Positions 8,660 to 18,234 of a stretch of DNA of 64,000 bases are shown here, piece by piece (within the stretch, counting starts at the first letter, position 1; each line of letters starts with the position of its first letter). The position numbers and the translations under genes are program-made. This stretch comes from an uncultured virus (IMG/VR IMGVR_UViG_3300008339_000030) (taxonomy: Duplodnaviria > Heunggongvirae > Uroviricota > Caudoviricetes). The stretch lies in IMG/VR virus record IMGVR_UViG_3300008339_000030, positions 1 through 64,000 of that record. One strand, 5' to 3'. The notes under the pieces were generated by a model, which was not told the DNA's origin, ran no database searches, and worked only from the letters and a program-made list of their open reading frames with translations.

Positions 8660-10210
8660 ATGCTGAAATATAACGTCATTTACCACTCTGATACAGATGT
8701 TTCTGTATTAAAAACAACACTATCTGAAATGGGTGTTGTTGTTCACGAAGAATTTTCTGAACTGAAAGTATTAAACATTTCAGCAAATGATACGTCCTTT
8801 TCAAGTGTCTCAGGCATTATCGCCTTTGAGGAAGATGTAGAAATCAGTGTCACTGCCTCCTCAACTCCTTGGCACTTATTAAGATTGTCCACTCCAATGT
8901 TGCCCATGAAATCCTCATATGCTCCTAAGAATTTCGGTGAGCAGGGGGTTGTCTATTTGGTGGATTCAGGTGTAGATAGTAGCCATGAACAATTTTCAAA
9001 TACAAATATCGTAAATCTCCATAGTTATCTTGAAAATGATTTCACCGATACAACAGGCCATGGTACAGCAATGGCAAGTCTAATTGTAGGTAATACATTA
9101 GGTGCATCAAAAAATGCCACATTGAAGAATGTAAAGATTCCCATGTCAGCTAGTACTACGTTAAGTGTGTTGTTGTCAGCATTCAACAGCATTTTATCAG
9201 ACCATACATTGACATCGGGTGTTAAGGTCGTGAATTGTTCATGGACAATACCTAAGAGTCAAATACTTGACACAAAGATTCAAGAACTTCAAAACGCGGG
9301 ATTAGTTGTTGTGGCAGCAGCAGGTAATACCGGTGAAGCTGCCGACAATTTCTCTCCCGTTGGTTTAGATACGGTAATAGGTGTGGCTGCTTCAGATGCA
9401 TATGACCGTGTTATCTCATGGGCAACAGGTGCCTCAAGTAATTGGGGCCCTGAAGTTGATGTAACAGCACCTGGCATTGATATTGAAGTGGCGTCAATAC
9501 ATACTGAGTCAGGATATGCTACCTCATCCGGAACATCATTAGCGAGTGCACTTGTTTCGGGTGTAGTGTGTCAATACATCACAGCAGACCCAACATTAAC
9601 CGCTGACGAAATTAAATCTCAAATTATATTACCACCATATTCTTCAACGGATATATTGTTCCGTAATGAAACCATTTATGGTACAACACCAAATCGTCTA
9701 GTACATTGTCTTTTCCTTGATGCATTAATTGAGAATATTAAAACTCCTGTAATCATCAAGGCTGGGGAAACTTCAACGTTCAATCTACAATTAACACAAT
9801 ATGTAGATGCTGTTAATGTGCACAATGTTGCGATAGGAGCAAGACATCATGAAATTCCTTCTTGGGCATCGTTTGATACAGAAACCAATACATTCACATT
9901 CAATCCTCCTGCAGACATCACTACCAAGCGTATTGTTATCATGTTGGAGATATTTTTCGAAGGTGAACGATTAGGGGTTCCTGGTGTAGACCTTCGCATC
10001 TATCACAACGATACCAATGAAGTTGAAACGGAAGAAAATTATCATTTAGTGTTACGTGGAAATGAGAGCGATGTTGTGTATATCACACCTGCTGCATGCG
10101 GAGGGGGCTGTTCCTATTGGACATATTGTAATCCAGCAAGTAGTGGAAAACAACAATGTGTTTGTAGTACCAATTGGGGCGGATACTGTTATACCGGATT
10201 GTCCGTCTGA
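8660..10210 (+). CDS. Subtilisin-like S8 serine protease with propeptide and Cys-rich C-terminal tail
   Basis: Catalytic triad LVDSG, GHGT, SGTS; also AAAGN and DVTAPG. Confidence 0.92.
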   Translation: MLKYNVIYHSDTDVSVLKTTLSEMGVVVHEEFSELKVLNISANDTSFSSVSGIIAFEEDVEISVTASSTPWHLLRLSTPMLPMKSSYAPKNFGEQGVVYLVDSGVDSSHEQFSNTNIVNLHSYLENDFTDTTGHGTAMASLIVGNTLGASKNATLKNVKIPMSASTTLSVLLSAFNSILSDHTLTSGVKVVNCSWTIPKSQILDTKIQELQNAGLVVVAAAGNTGEAADNFSPVGLDTVIGVAASDAYDRVISWATGASSNWGPEVDVTAPGIDIEVASIHTESGYATSSGTSLASALVSGVVCQYITADPTLTADEIKSQIILPPYSSTDILFRNETIYGTTPNRLVHCLFLDALIENIKTPVIIKAGETSTFNLQLTQYVDAVNVHNVAIGARHHEIPSWASFDTETNTFTFNPPADITTKRIVIMLEIFFEGERLGVPGVDLRIYHNDTNEVETEENYHLVLRGNESDVVYITPAACGGGCSYWTYCNPASSGKQQCVCSTNWGGYCYTGLSV

Positions 10211-10226
10211 TATTTTCTTTTATATT

Positions 10227-10892
10227 ATGCCTACAAAAATTGTAAGTAGTAAAAATCCTGAGTTGAAATTTTGGTGGATTAAAATACCACGAACAGCAAC
10301 ATATGCATATTCTAGGTTGTTTGGGTTGTATAATTCTGAATTATTACAGCAACCCAAACATACCCATGAAGCCTACTGGCAGCTAAAAGATATTGAAATG
10401 TTACCTGCATTTACTGTTGTGCGTAATCCTGTGGATAGATTTTTCTCAGTCCTATCTCATTATCTACATTTACAAGAAAGATGTAAACAAGGTAATTGTA
10501 TATACGAAAGTCCCCCATGTATTTGGCATAGCATAAATATTCCAACTGATAGTGAACAGTCATTATATGAATTTTTCAGTGAACATTGCACTAGTAATAT
10601 CGCAGATGCAAAATCACAAATGATATTAAGCGACACTATTTTCAGAACACAGACCTGGTATGCCTACCATCCCAAAGTGAAAATATTTCGTTATGAGAAC
10701 ATCACAGAATTCAATGATTGGTTATCAATAGCATTAGGATATGATGTTTCACCACTACAGCGTGTTAATGAAACTCAACCAAAATTTCTTCACAATATAG
10801 ATAAACGTCATCCAGCATTCATTAAAACAGCAGAATATCTCTATAACATAGATTTTAAAACCTTTAACTACCCCTTGCAGTACTTGACATAA
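10227..10892 (+). CDS. Sulfotransferase-family protein (Sulfotransfer_2-like)
   Basis: KIPRTAT (5'-PSB-like), VVRNPVDRFFS (3'-PB), FRYE and Y..DF..FNY. Start placed at ATG 10227. Confidence 0.75.
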   Translation: MPTKIVSSKNPELKFWWIKIPRTATYAYSRLFGLYNSELLQQPKHTHEAYWQLKDIEMLPAFTVVRNPVDRFFSVLSHYLHLQERCKQGNCIYESPPCIWHSINIPTDSEQSLYEFFSEHCTSNIADAKSQMILSDTIFRTQTWYAYHPKVKIFRYENITEFNDWLSIALGYDVSPLQRVNETQPKFLHNIDKRHPAFIKTAEYLYNIDFKTFNYPLQYLT

Positions 10893-10912
10893 GGCTGTAA
10901 GGGTGTTAAGTT
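10884..10912 (+). promoter_or_regulatory. Sigma70-type promoter with extended -10
   Basis: TTGACA, 17 bp spacer, TGn-TAAGTT. GGAGGA RBS before ATG 10936. Confidence 0.55.
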
Positions 10913-10935
10913 TAATAGATACGAATGGAGGATTA

Positions 10936-11445
10936 ATGACGAAATTCATTAGCATACTAGTAGCATGTGTTCTATTAGCTGTGGTGCCTACCACTCTCTC
11001 GCGTGCGCACGTGCCTGTACTACCCAAAAAGCCATTCAAGGTTATTTCAGAAAAGGAATTGACTTGTTTGGCAAAGAACATAGCATTTGAAGCTCCTGAT
11101 GAATCATACGAAGGAAAGTTGGCAGTAGCCACGGTTACCATGAATCGTGTGAAATCTCGGTCATTCCCTAAGACGGTGTGTGGTGTTGTCTACCAGAGAA
11201 ATCCTCGGGGATGCCAATTCTCTTGGACATGCGGTCCACGTGGACGATTGGAAAAAGACATCTATGCTGAGTCACGAAGAATTGCACGAGCAGTATTGAC
11301 ACAGAATCTTCGACTCACTAGTTTAAAGAATGCCTTGTATTTTCATAATACAAGTGTGAGCCCCAATTGGAGTTTCGCTGAACCCATTAAACAAATAGGA
11401 AATCATATATTTTATGCCCCAAGAAGAAACAACCCAACCACCTGA
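10936..11445 (+). CDS. SleB/Hydrolase_2 cell wall hydrolase with N-terminal signal or anchor
   Basis: CLAKNIAFEA, VATVTMNRV, FPKTVCGVVYQ, QFSW and IGNHIFY motifs; hydrophobic N-terminus. Confidence 0.9.
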   Translation: MTKFISILVACVLLAVVPTTLSRAHVPVLPKKPFKVISEKELTCLAKNIAFEAPDESYEGKLAVATVTMNRVKSRSFPKTVCGVVYQRNPRGCQFSWTCGPRGRLEKDIYAESRRIARAVLTQNLRLTSLKNALYFHNTSVSPNWSFAEPIKQIGNHIFYAPRRNNPTT

Positions 11446-11704
11446 GTTAGAGAATGTTGCCCTTACGGTAACCTATCTCATTACTAGAGAATTCACAAAT
11501 CCCACAGATTTCTCTATGCACATTGAAAAAGAAGCAGTGCGTAGAAAGATTGGTTACATGGAAGCCATTGTGGATTATTGTGAAGAAAATGATATTGACA
11601 CCGGGGCGTTAACTGGGTTGATTTCCAATTCTCTGAAAGAAAAAATTCGTGCCGAAGCGGAAGAAATGAATTTGCTCAAGAAAACAAGTAAACTTCCTCT
11701 ATGA
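11414..11704 (+). CDS. Late transcription coactivator (T4 gp33-like)
   Basis: FS..IE...Y.EAI..YC...LKEKI..EA...NLL pattern; gp33-gp59-gp32 synteny. Confidence 0.85.
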   Translation: MPQEETTQPPELENVALTVTYLITREFTNPTDFSMHIEKEAVRRKIGYMEAIVDYCEENDIDTGALTGLISNSLKEKIRAEAEEMNLLKKTSKLPL

Positions 11705-12285
11705 CCATTAACGAAGCCTACAAAATTTACACGGCGTTACGATTACACTTCACAACAGACAACTTTGATATACGAAATGGTGTTCCTCCCAGAGCACCTA
11801 AGACAGGTGTAAAGACGGCGTTCAGTAAAAAGCTAGAACAAATGATGAAACAGTATAATTATGATTCAGAAGCATTTGTAGGATTTCTCGTATCAAATTT
11901 TTTGTCTGGGCATGAATGGGGTGCCATTTTTGAACCCACAGGGCATGAAGTATATCTTGAATGGAAAAAAATTCAAGAAAGATTAACATATACATTTACA
12001 CAAGACATTGACTTTCTCACATTACAAGTGAATAAAGTGGATGATTTATGGAAATGTACAGGTGAACATCCGGTGATATTGAAGTCGTATTGTGGTAAAA
12101 AAAGTCGGTTGGAAACACTTGTAATTCTAAATAAATTATATAAGTTTAGAGAACAGTTAGATGAACAACTAAAAAATGACCCCGTATGGGCATCAACATC
12201 TAGACTGGTATACAAATATTCACCGTTTGTTAACATCAACAAGGAAAAATTTTCAATGATTGTAAAGAAGGCCTTCAATGAGTAA
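11701..12285 (+). CDS. Helicase loader (T4 gp59-like)
   Basis: AYKIY.ALRLHF, FLVSNF, LETLVIL and KYSPF motifs; synteny. Confidence 0.85.
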   Translation: MTINEAYKIYTALRLHFTTDNFDIRNGVPPRAPKTGVKTAFSKKLEQMMKQYNYDSEAFVGFLVSNFLSGHEWGAIFEPTGHEVYLEWKKIQERLTYTFTQDIDFLTLQVNKVDDLWKCTGEHPVILKSYCGKKSRLETLVILNKLYKFREQLDEQLKNDPVWASTSRLVYKYSPFVNINKEKFSMIVKKAFNE

Positions 12286-12466
12286 ACATCACGATTGGGA
12301 AGATGATGACTATCGTAGTTTCAAGAAGCCCAAAAGAGTAGAAAAAGACAAGTTCGGTAAGCATCGTAAGGCAATTTACGATATGCTTGACACTGAGTTT
12401 GACGAAGATTATTTTAATGATGCATACTCTGATGAAGATTATGATGAGGTGGATGATAGGTATTAA
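12278..12466 (+). CDS. Small charged hypothetical protein
   Basis: Overlaps the gp59 stop; basic N-half and acidic C-half. Confidence 0.55.
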   Translation: MSKHHDWEDDDYRSFKKPKRVEKDKFGKHRKAIYDMLDTEFDEDYFNDAYSDEDYDEVDDRY

Positions 12467-12537
12467 TATCATGGCAGGTCCGTAGTATCATACGTTTTAC
12501 ACACTAACATACAACGCTATACGCAAGGAGTAACACA

Positions 12538-13455
12538 ATGTCTTACACAAGTTTATCCGATTTACGCAAGTCACGTGGCAATTTCGACAGTCTCATGAAG
12601 GAAGTTGAAAAGATTGCCAACCCTACAAACGAACGCCGCGAAGATGACCGTTTTTGGTCTCCTTCAGTTGATAAGGCAGGCAATGGATATGCCGTGATTC
12701 GTTTTCTTCCTCCCACAAAGGGTGAGGAGCTTCCTTGGATTCGTGTTTGGAATCATGGGTTTCAAGGACCATCAGGTCGCTGGTACATTGAAAACAGCTT
12801 GACCACATTGAATCTTCCCGATCCTGTATCTGAATTGAATTCAGAACTTTGGAACTCCGGAATTGAGAGCAATAAGGAAATTGCTCGTAAGCAGAAGCGT
12901 CGTTTAAATTACATCGCTAACATTCTTGTTGTAAAGGACTCTGCCAATCCTCAGAACGAAGGTAAGGTGTTCCTGTACAAGTTTGGCAAGAAGATTTTCG
13001 ATAAGATTAAGGACATCATGCAGCCTCAGTTTGAGGATGAGGAGCCCATCAACCCCTTTGATTTCTGGAAGGGTGCAAACTTCAAGCTCAAGATTCGTAA
13101 TGTCGAAGGATATCGCAATTACGACAAGTCTGAATTCGAACCTGTCTCAGCCATTGCTGATTCAGATGATGACATCGAAACAGTTTGGAATCAGCAACAT
13201 GCACTTCAACCCTTCGTTGATCCCAAGAACTTCAAGAGCTACGAAGAATTGAAGAAGAAGCTCGACATGGTATTGAAGGGAAGCCCGGTTGCTTCCATGA
13301 CGGCTGATAAGATTTCTGAGAGCCGGATGGATGAAGAGCCAGTTGCAGAATCTCCTAAGGTGCGTTCTGCCCCAGCCCCAACCTTCAAGTCATCAGGTGC
13401 TGACGAAGATGACGATGATACTCTAAGTTACTTCGCCAAGTTGGCTGAAGATTAA
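12538..13455 (+). CDS. Single-stranded DNA-binding protein (T4 gp32)
   Basis: DDRFW, GNGYAVIRFLP, WYIENSLTT, GANFKLK, acidic tail ending LSYFAKLAED. AAGGAG RBS. Confidence 0.97.
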   Translation: MSYTSLSDLRKSRGNFDSLMKEVEKIANPTNERREDDRFWSPSVDKAGNGYAVIRFLPPTKGEELPWIRVWNHGFQGPSGRWYIENSLTTLNLPDPVSELNSELWNSGIESNKEIARKQKRRLNYIANILVVKDSANPQNEGKVFLYKFGKKIFDKIKDIMQPQFEDEEPINPFDFWKGANFKLKIRNVEGYRNYDKSEFEPVSAIADSDDDIETVWNQQHALQPFVDPKNFKSYEELKKKLDMVLKGSPVASMTADKISESRMDEEPVAESPKVRSAPAPTFKSSGADEDDDDTLSYFAKLAED

Positions 13456-13474
13456 TTCTTAGATATAGCTAAAA

Positions 13475-13504
13475 AGAAAAGGGAGCCCGAAAGCTCCCTT
13501 TTCT
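13475..13504. terminator. Bidirectional intrinsic terminator between convergent genes
   Basis: AGAAAAGGGAGC-ccgaaa-GCTCCCTTTTCT is a perfect inverted repeat with A and T tracts on both sides. Confidence 0.85.
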
Positions 13505-13505
13505 G

Positions 13506-15638
13506 CTATACTCGCGCAACTCGCTTATCTTGGAATCGAACAAAACTATTGTCTTGTATTCGTATTTCTGTGGGTCCTATTGCAGGAGCTCCACCGCCGC
13601 CTCCTGACACATTGGTGACGACCGTACTGCCACCGCCACCTGTTGGTGCTACCATGGCAGGTATTGAATTTTCTGTTGCCGTTGATACCATCCCTGCTGT
13701 ATCTCCAGGTGCGCCTTCTATGGAAGCATTTGACATATCTCTTGCTGCCAATCCGGCATCTATGGCAGCACTTGCTGCCGTGCCTATGCCAGGCACTGTT
13801 GATGCAGCACCTGAGGCAACTTCCCCTAAGGCACCTTTCCAATCACCTGATAGTAATCGTGATGCTCCAAATCCCAATCCTGCCACTAATCCTATACCTG
13901 GTATTTTCTTTAGTAGTGATTTACCTAATGCTTTGGCACCTACTTTACCTGCTGCTCGCGCACCTAATCCACCTGCAACTCTGGACGCCAAAGGTGCTGC
14001 GCGTGATAGTAATGATCCTCCCTTGCTCATTAATCTTGAGGATCCGCGCATTAAACTTCCCCCTAATCCCTTGGTCTTTGAGAGCATTCTTCCTCCCAAG
14101 CGATCCATAATCATTTGTCCCATTCCACCACCACCTGATTGTTGTTCTGCACTGGCCACTTGTTGTGCTTCTGCACTTCCCACTTTTGCGGATTGAACAG
14201 CTTCTACTTGCCCCTTCACTTCTTCGTTGGTGAGTGTAGATTGCCCTGAATCTTCTTCACTATCACGTTCTTTATCAATTTTTGCACTAGTCCCTGTATT
14301 ATCAGCAATTTTTTCTAAGGCACTAAGAATATTGCTTTGTACTTTACCTTGTTCTTCTAATGCAGACAACAATTCAGTAGGAGCAGCAATGCTTTCCGCT
14401 GTTCTTTCTATCGGAGAAATTCTTCCTTCTTCTGCTGCCATTTGTTCCAATTCTTTTATACTGGTCTTTTTTAATTCAGAAGATGAAAGACCCAATTGTT
14501 GATTCAATTCATCCTTACTGAACAATCCTCTGCCTGATGTGCGTGCAGTTTCTTTACTGATATACTGTCCAGTATCAGTGTCCCGATATTTACCACCCTT
14601 GTCACGTTGTAGACTACCTTCCACGATGCCACGAATTACTGATACTTCTTGTAGCAGAGATTGTAGTGTTACTAGTACAGCACTATCTTCAGATGCATTT
14701 TCTGTGGCATCACCTATTGCATCCGCCATATCAGAAGTAGTTTCAGGATTTACAGAACCTTGTTCCATTCTACCCATTAATCCTTGTAACTCCTCTTGCT
14801 GACGCATTGCCTCACGTTCAGATTCTATGAGTTGTGCGTTACTAGGAGCTTTTTTATCAGGTTCCAATAGAACACTACCAAAGGCTTGCATGAATCCTTT
14901 ACCGGTCGTCACCTTCTTTAAGTTGCCCGTGAGCATATCTTTATATGATTGTCCTTCTTCGGGATTCCAACTTAATCCAGGTGCAAACTTTCGTAAAGCG
15001 GCTGTGGTGTCACCCTTAATGGCATCCATCATGGTAAGACGCTTTTCTTCAGGTTCTTGCATCTTGTTCTGTATTTCTTCAGACAACTTTTTCTGCGTTT
15101 CTAGAGACTTTGTTAAGCGTTCTTTATCTTTCTTCAATGTTGTTAATTCCACAACACGCGCTTCAAGGTCTCTCTTGATTTCTTCTTTTTCTTTCTCTGT
15201 GACAGTTTTATCTTCTTGTGCCTTTTCTTGCCAGTATTTCAGATAACGAACTTCTTCTTCTTTACTTTCCACTTCTTTCTCATTGACGACAATATCCTTC
15301 TCCACCTTTTCTGTTTGCTTTTCGGTTTGTACAACCATTTTTGCAAACATGGTTCGTAATTCTTCTCTGTCTTTGGTTGTATCACCTTGACTGGTTGCCA
15401 TTTTTTTCAAGGCGTTAAGCATGTCTTGAAAAATCTTCTTCTGTTCATCTGAAAAGTCTACTTCGTTTTGAACAGATAAGTTTTCAATTATTGAACCAAT
15501 ACTGGTTGACATTTGCCCAGCAAATTCCATGTTTCTTTGCAAGTTGTCAGCAGGCGAGGTTTTTAACATACTTGCCTGTAGATTTTTTGCAATCTCATCC
15601 TTTGTTTTATTTGCCTTGGGCTTACTTTTACGAGCCAT
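13506..15638 (-). CDS. Probable tape measure / baseplate hub protein (gp29-like)
   Basis: Long coiled-coil N-half and Gly/Ala-rich hydrophobic C-part (LLKKIPGIGLVAG). Lies downstream of gp26/gp51. Confidence 0.6.
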   Translation of the reverse strand: MARKSKPKANKTKDEIAKNLQASMLKTSPADNLQRNMEFAGQMSTSIGSIIENLSVQNEVDFSDEQKKIFQDMLNALKKMATSQGDTTKDREELRTMFAKMVVQTEKQTEKVEKDIVVNEKEVESKEEEVRYLKYWQEKAQEDKTVTEKEKEEIKRDLEARVVELTTLKKDKERLTKSLETQKKLSEEIQNKMQEPEEKRLTMMDAIKGDTTAALRKFAPGLSWNPEEGQSYKDMLTGNLKKVTTGKGFMQAFGSVLLEPDKKAPSNAQLIESEREAMRQQEELQGLMGRMEQGSVNPETTSDMADAIGDATENASEDSAVLVTLQSLLQEVSVIRGIVEGSLQRDKGGKYRDTDTGQYISKETARTSGRGLFSKDELNQQLGLSSSELKKTSIKELEQMAAEEGRISPIERTAESIAAPTELLSALEEQGKVQSNILSALEKIADNTGTSAKIDKERDSEEDSGQSTLTNEEVKGQVEAVQSAKVGSAEAQQVASAEQQSGGGGMGQMIMDRLGGRMLSKTKGLGGSLMRGSSRLMSKGGSLLSRAAPLASRVAGGLGARAAGKVGAKALGKSLLKKIPGIGLVAGLGFGASRLLSGDWKGALGEVASGAASTVPGIGTAASAAIDAGLAARDMSNASIEGAPGDTAGMVSTATENSIPAMVAPTGGGGSTVVTNVSGGGGGAPAIGPTEIRIQDNSFVRFQDKRVARV

Positions 15639-15650
15639 GGTGGATTCCTA

Positions 15651-15776
15651 TTAGTATTGTTGATTCTTTTTTTGAGCCTTTTTTTCTAAATGACGTATTA
15701 ACATACCAACGTACACATCTCTTTCCCATGGCATCATATTCTCTAGCTCAGATAAAGAATATTGATGTTCTTGCAT
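15651..15776 (-). CDS. gp51-like baseplate hub assembly protein (missing from the ORF track; possibly expressed as a frameshift extension of gp26)
   Basis: Manual translation gives MQEHQYSLSELENMMPWERDVYVGMLIRHLEKKAQKKNQQY. The frame stays open upstream to the end of gp26. Confidence 0.75.
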   Translation of the reverse strand: MQEHQYSLSELENMMPWERDVYVGMLIRHLEKKAQKKNQQY

Positions 15777-15826
15777 CAATATGAAATTTGTTTCGTAATA
15801 ATTGATGACAGAATCATGAGAAAGAG

Positions 15827-16525
15827 TTAAACGAAAAAATTGACTATCTCATTGATGTTTACAATATTATTTCTTGCACACTTTGGGCATGCAAAACGAA
15901 TATCGTGATGAATTGCTGGCATTGTGTCAAAAAACAATTTCATCATTTCAAACTGTGTACTTGTCACATTGTCAACAAATTCACGAAAATCTTCTTGTGT
16001 AGCATTTTCTCTGTTGTATACTTCTTCGTTCGTCTGAATAGTTTCAATACAGTGTGCCACCATATCGTAGATGTCATCAACCGTAGCATCTGGATTTGAT
16101 AACAATGCCAAATGTTCAATTTTTGGATATCGCATCATCACAATTAAATCTTTCGATAACTCTAACCGATTGGTATGATGTTCATTGTATAACACTTCCA
16201 CTTGATTGATATCAATTGTTGATGATGTTGAATGTTTACAATTACCACAGATGAGATTAAATTCAATGATTTCACCCACAGATTTTCCACGTATTTCTAA
16301 AAATAATTTCTGTACGTCAACCATAGAATGAGTATCACATGACACTGTTCCGTTTGTACACGCCAATACAGCTTCATTTAATGCACGCAACACGGCATTT
16401 CTATCACCACTTTCAGATGCCAATAACAATAATTTTTCTTCTCTCATGACAAACGGACGAAACGTCACTTTTTGTTTTGACACGGGTAATGTAGTTTCAA
16501 AAGTTGGTAAATGATTTATTTTCAT
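15827..16525 (-). CDS. Baseplate hub assembly protein (gp26-like)
   Basis: FRPF...EEKLLL, FLEIRGKSVGE, CxxC pairs, MRYP, FF.TMP and a terminal NFF. Confidence 0.85.
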   Translation of the reverse strand: MKINHLPTFETTLPVSKQKVTFRPFVMREEKLLLLASESGDRNAVLRALNEAVLACTNGTVSCDTHSMVDVQKLFLEIRGKSVGEIIEFNLICGNCKHSTSSTIDINQVEVLYNEHHTNRLELSKDLIVMMRYPKIEHLALLSNPDATVDDIYDMVAHCIETIQTNEEVYNRENATQEDFREFVDNVTSTQFEMMKLFFDTMPAIHHDIRFACPKCARNNIVNINEIVNFFV

Positions 16526-16533
16526 AATTTATC

Positions 16534-17097
16534 CTATGTTGTAATGTTTTCAACCGTCCAATATTTATAGGCAAATCCAATATTCAAACGATGAATTCCT
16601 ACAGCAGAATATGATGTCTGCATCAAATTCATTGACTTAGGAAATGCCTCATGCAATTTCACTTTATATCGTGTTGTTTCTTTGTATCCCTGAACAGGCG
16701 TGGGACCAATGGGACCTTCATGTACAGCTTCAATAATGATGTCACCGATGATGTCTCTGTATGGTGCCACTTCACGGGAAGTGCCAATAATGGCATTCAT
16801 CCAATCATCAAAAAACTTTTTCACCTTCCATTCAGAGTCTACAAAAAATGTAAAGTTGGCTGACTCTCCAAAAAAGTCAACCGCAGAAGGACGTTGAATG
16901 TTTAGATTGTGTATTCGTGCTGGTCGTGTAATAATGGTTTTACCCGGAAACGCGGCTTCTTCACAAAACAATGTGAGTAGCTGGTCAGCGGGTGCTGTAA
17001 CTATGTTGGGTTTGGAAACAATAGTTACAGAAAATTTTTCAGATTTTGCCAATCCTTTGGCACGTACTACTGTGAGAAAATTTTCTATACTAGGCAT
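16534..17097 (-). CDS. Tail-tube-fold protein (gp54/gp19-like tube initiator)
   Basis: CEEAAFPG, FFDDWMN, L.EAFP and FAYKYW motifs. Confidence 0.75.
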   Translation of the reverse strand: MPSIENFLTVVRAKGLAKSEKFSVTIVSKPNIVTAPADQLLTLFCEEAAFPGKTIITRPARIHNLNIQRPSAVDFFGESANFTFFVDSEWKVKKFFDDWMNAIIGTSREVAPYRDIIGDIIIEAVHEGPIGPTPVQGYKETTRYKVKLHEAFPKSMNLMQTSYSAVGIHRLNIGFAYKYWTVENITT

Positions 17098-17677
17098 CTA
17101 TGTTTTGTTTGGAGAGTTGATAGACAGATGATTTAGTTTCTCCTTGGAATGATTCAACAGGAAGAAATATAGCAGCACGCCAATCTTGAGGATTTATCTC
17201 AAGGAAACGAGATTGTATATTGGGATATAGATATCGTTTCACACAAGGTTTTGCTTCTGGGAACCGAGAAAAATTCCCAATAATATTCCAAGACATACGG
17301 AGTTGTGTGGTATTTGAAATGGTGGGTTTATCCGCCAATTTCATTAGTTCATCTAACAACTTCATACGCAAGAGTGGTGGTAGATAATGTAAGTTCAATC
17401 CCAAGAACCCCCCTTTAATCACGTTGAAGGGCATCACCAAGGGAAACTCATCATAATAGGGAAGTTTTGCTGCCATTTTAGGATTATACATGAACAAGTA
17501 CATTCGTCCAGGTTCTATGTTACTTGTCAACTTACCTATGCCCGATTCCAATGCCTTGTTCGCAGTCATGGTATTCAATCCCAACTTTCGTATTTGCGCT
17601 TGATACCATTGGTAGGATTTCACACCCTTCCCATCAGGTCTCATTTGCTCAAATGGATTCTGTTTCTTAGATTTCAT
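17090..17677 (-). CDS. DNA end protector protein (T4 gp2)
   Basis: LPYYDEFPL, GLNLHYLPP, CVKRYL and W..AIFLP motifs. Confidence 0.9.
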   Translation of the reverse strand: MKSKKQNPFEQMRPDGKGVKSYQWYQAQIRKLGLNTMTANKALESGIGKLTSNIEPGRMYLFMYNPKMAAKLPYYDEFPLVMPFNVIKGGFLGLNLHYLPPLLRMKLLDELMKLADKPTISNTTQLRMSWNIIGNFSRFPEAKPCVKRYLYPNIQSRFLEINPQDWRAAIFLPVESFQGETKSSVYQLSKQNIDA

Positions 17678-17697
17678 AAAGTGGTGAAATTGGGGGC

Positions 17698-17726
17698 TTG
17701 ACTACTACTTGACAAGGTGATAAATT
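17698..17726 (+). promoter_or_regulatory. Possible sigma70-type promoter antisense to gp4
   Basis: TTGACT, 17 bp spacer, TGn-TAAATT; a second TTGACA at 17709. Confidence 0.35.
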
Positions 17727-17759
17727 CACTATGTTAGGGATGAATAGATAATTCTGTTA

Positions 17760-18227
17760 CTATTTATCTCTGTTCTGTAAAAGCCCTAAGTCTTTCTCCG
17801 TGATGAGCATAAATTCCCATCCGTATTGAGCAGCAGCTTTACGCGCCGCTTCCCATTTGGCATTGTTCACAGCCCATTGTACAACCTCACTAATAAATCG
17901 CTTCGTTTTTTTACTAGGGATTTGAGGTTCTTGCGTGAATCGAAATGGCTTCACTTCAATCAAATACTTTTTTATAGTACCATTCTTAGTTTTTACTTTG
18001 ATGAAGAAATCCACAAAATATCGGTGAATTTTATTGTCTACTGGGCTTAAATATGGGACGACAATTTCTTCTGATCCCCATTCTATTACACCTTCGTTGA
18101 AATCACACCATTTCATAAATCGCACTTCATAACTGCTACGATAAATGATGTTTGTGACATCCCCACGATATTTGCGGGGATTTTTTGGTGTATATTTGCC
18201 TTTGTATGTATCTTTAGTATAAGCCAT
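17760..18227 (-). CDS. Head completion protein (T4 gp4, TnsA-like nuclease fold)
   Basis: PKNPRKYRGD, YRSSYE, WGSEE, HRYFVDF, IEVKP, KWEAA and LITE motifs. Confidence 0.92.
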   Translation of the reverse strand: MAYTKDTYKGKYTPKNPRKYRGDVTNIIYRSSYEVRFMKWCDFNEGVIEWGSEEIVVPYLSPVDNKIHRYFVDFFIKVKTKNGTIKKYLIEVKPFRFTQEPQIPSKKTKRFISEVVQWAVNNAKWEAARKAAAQYGWEFMLITEKDLGLLQNRDK

Positions 18228-18234
18228 ATAAATA
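18227..18234 (+). promoter_or_regulatory. T4-type late promoter for the baseplate operon
   Basis: TATAAATA overlapping the gp4 start. A CTAAATA on the minus strand near 18259-18265 may drive gp4. Confidence 0.65.

Noticed and set aside
17760..18227. TnsA transposase or homing endonuclease
   Set aside because: Motifs and position next to gp2 and gp48 identify it as head completion protein gp4.
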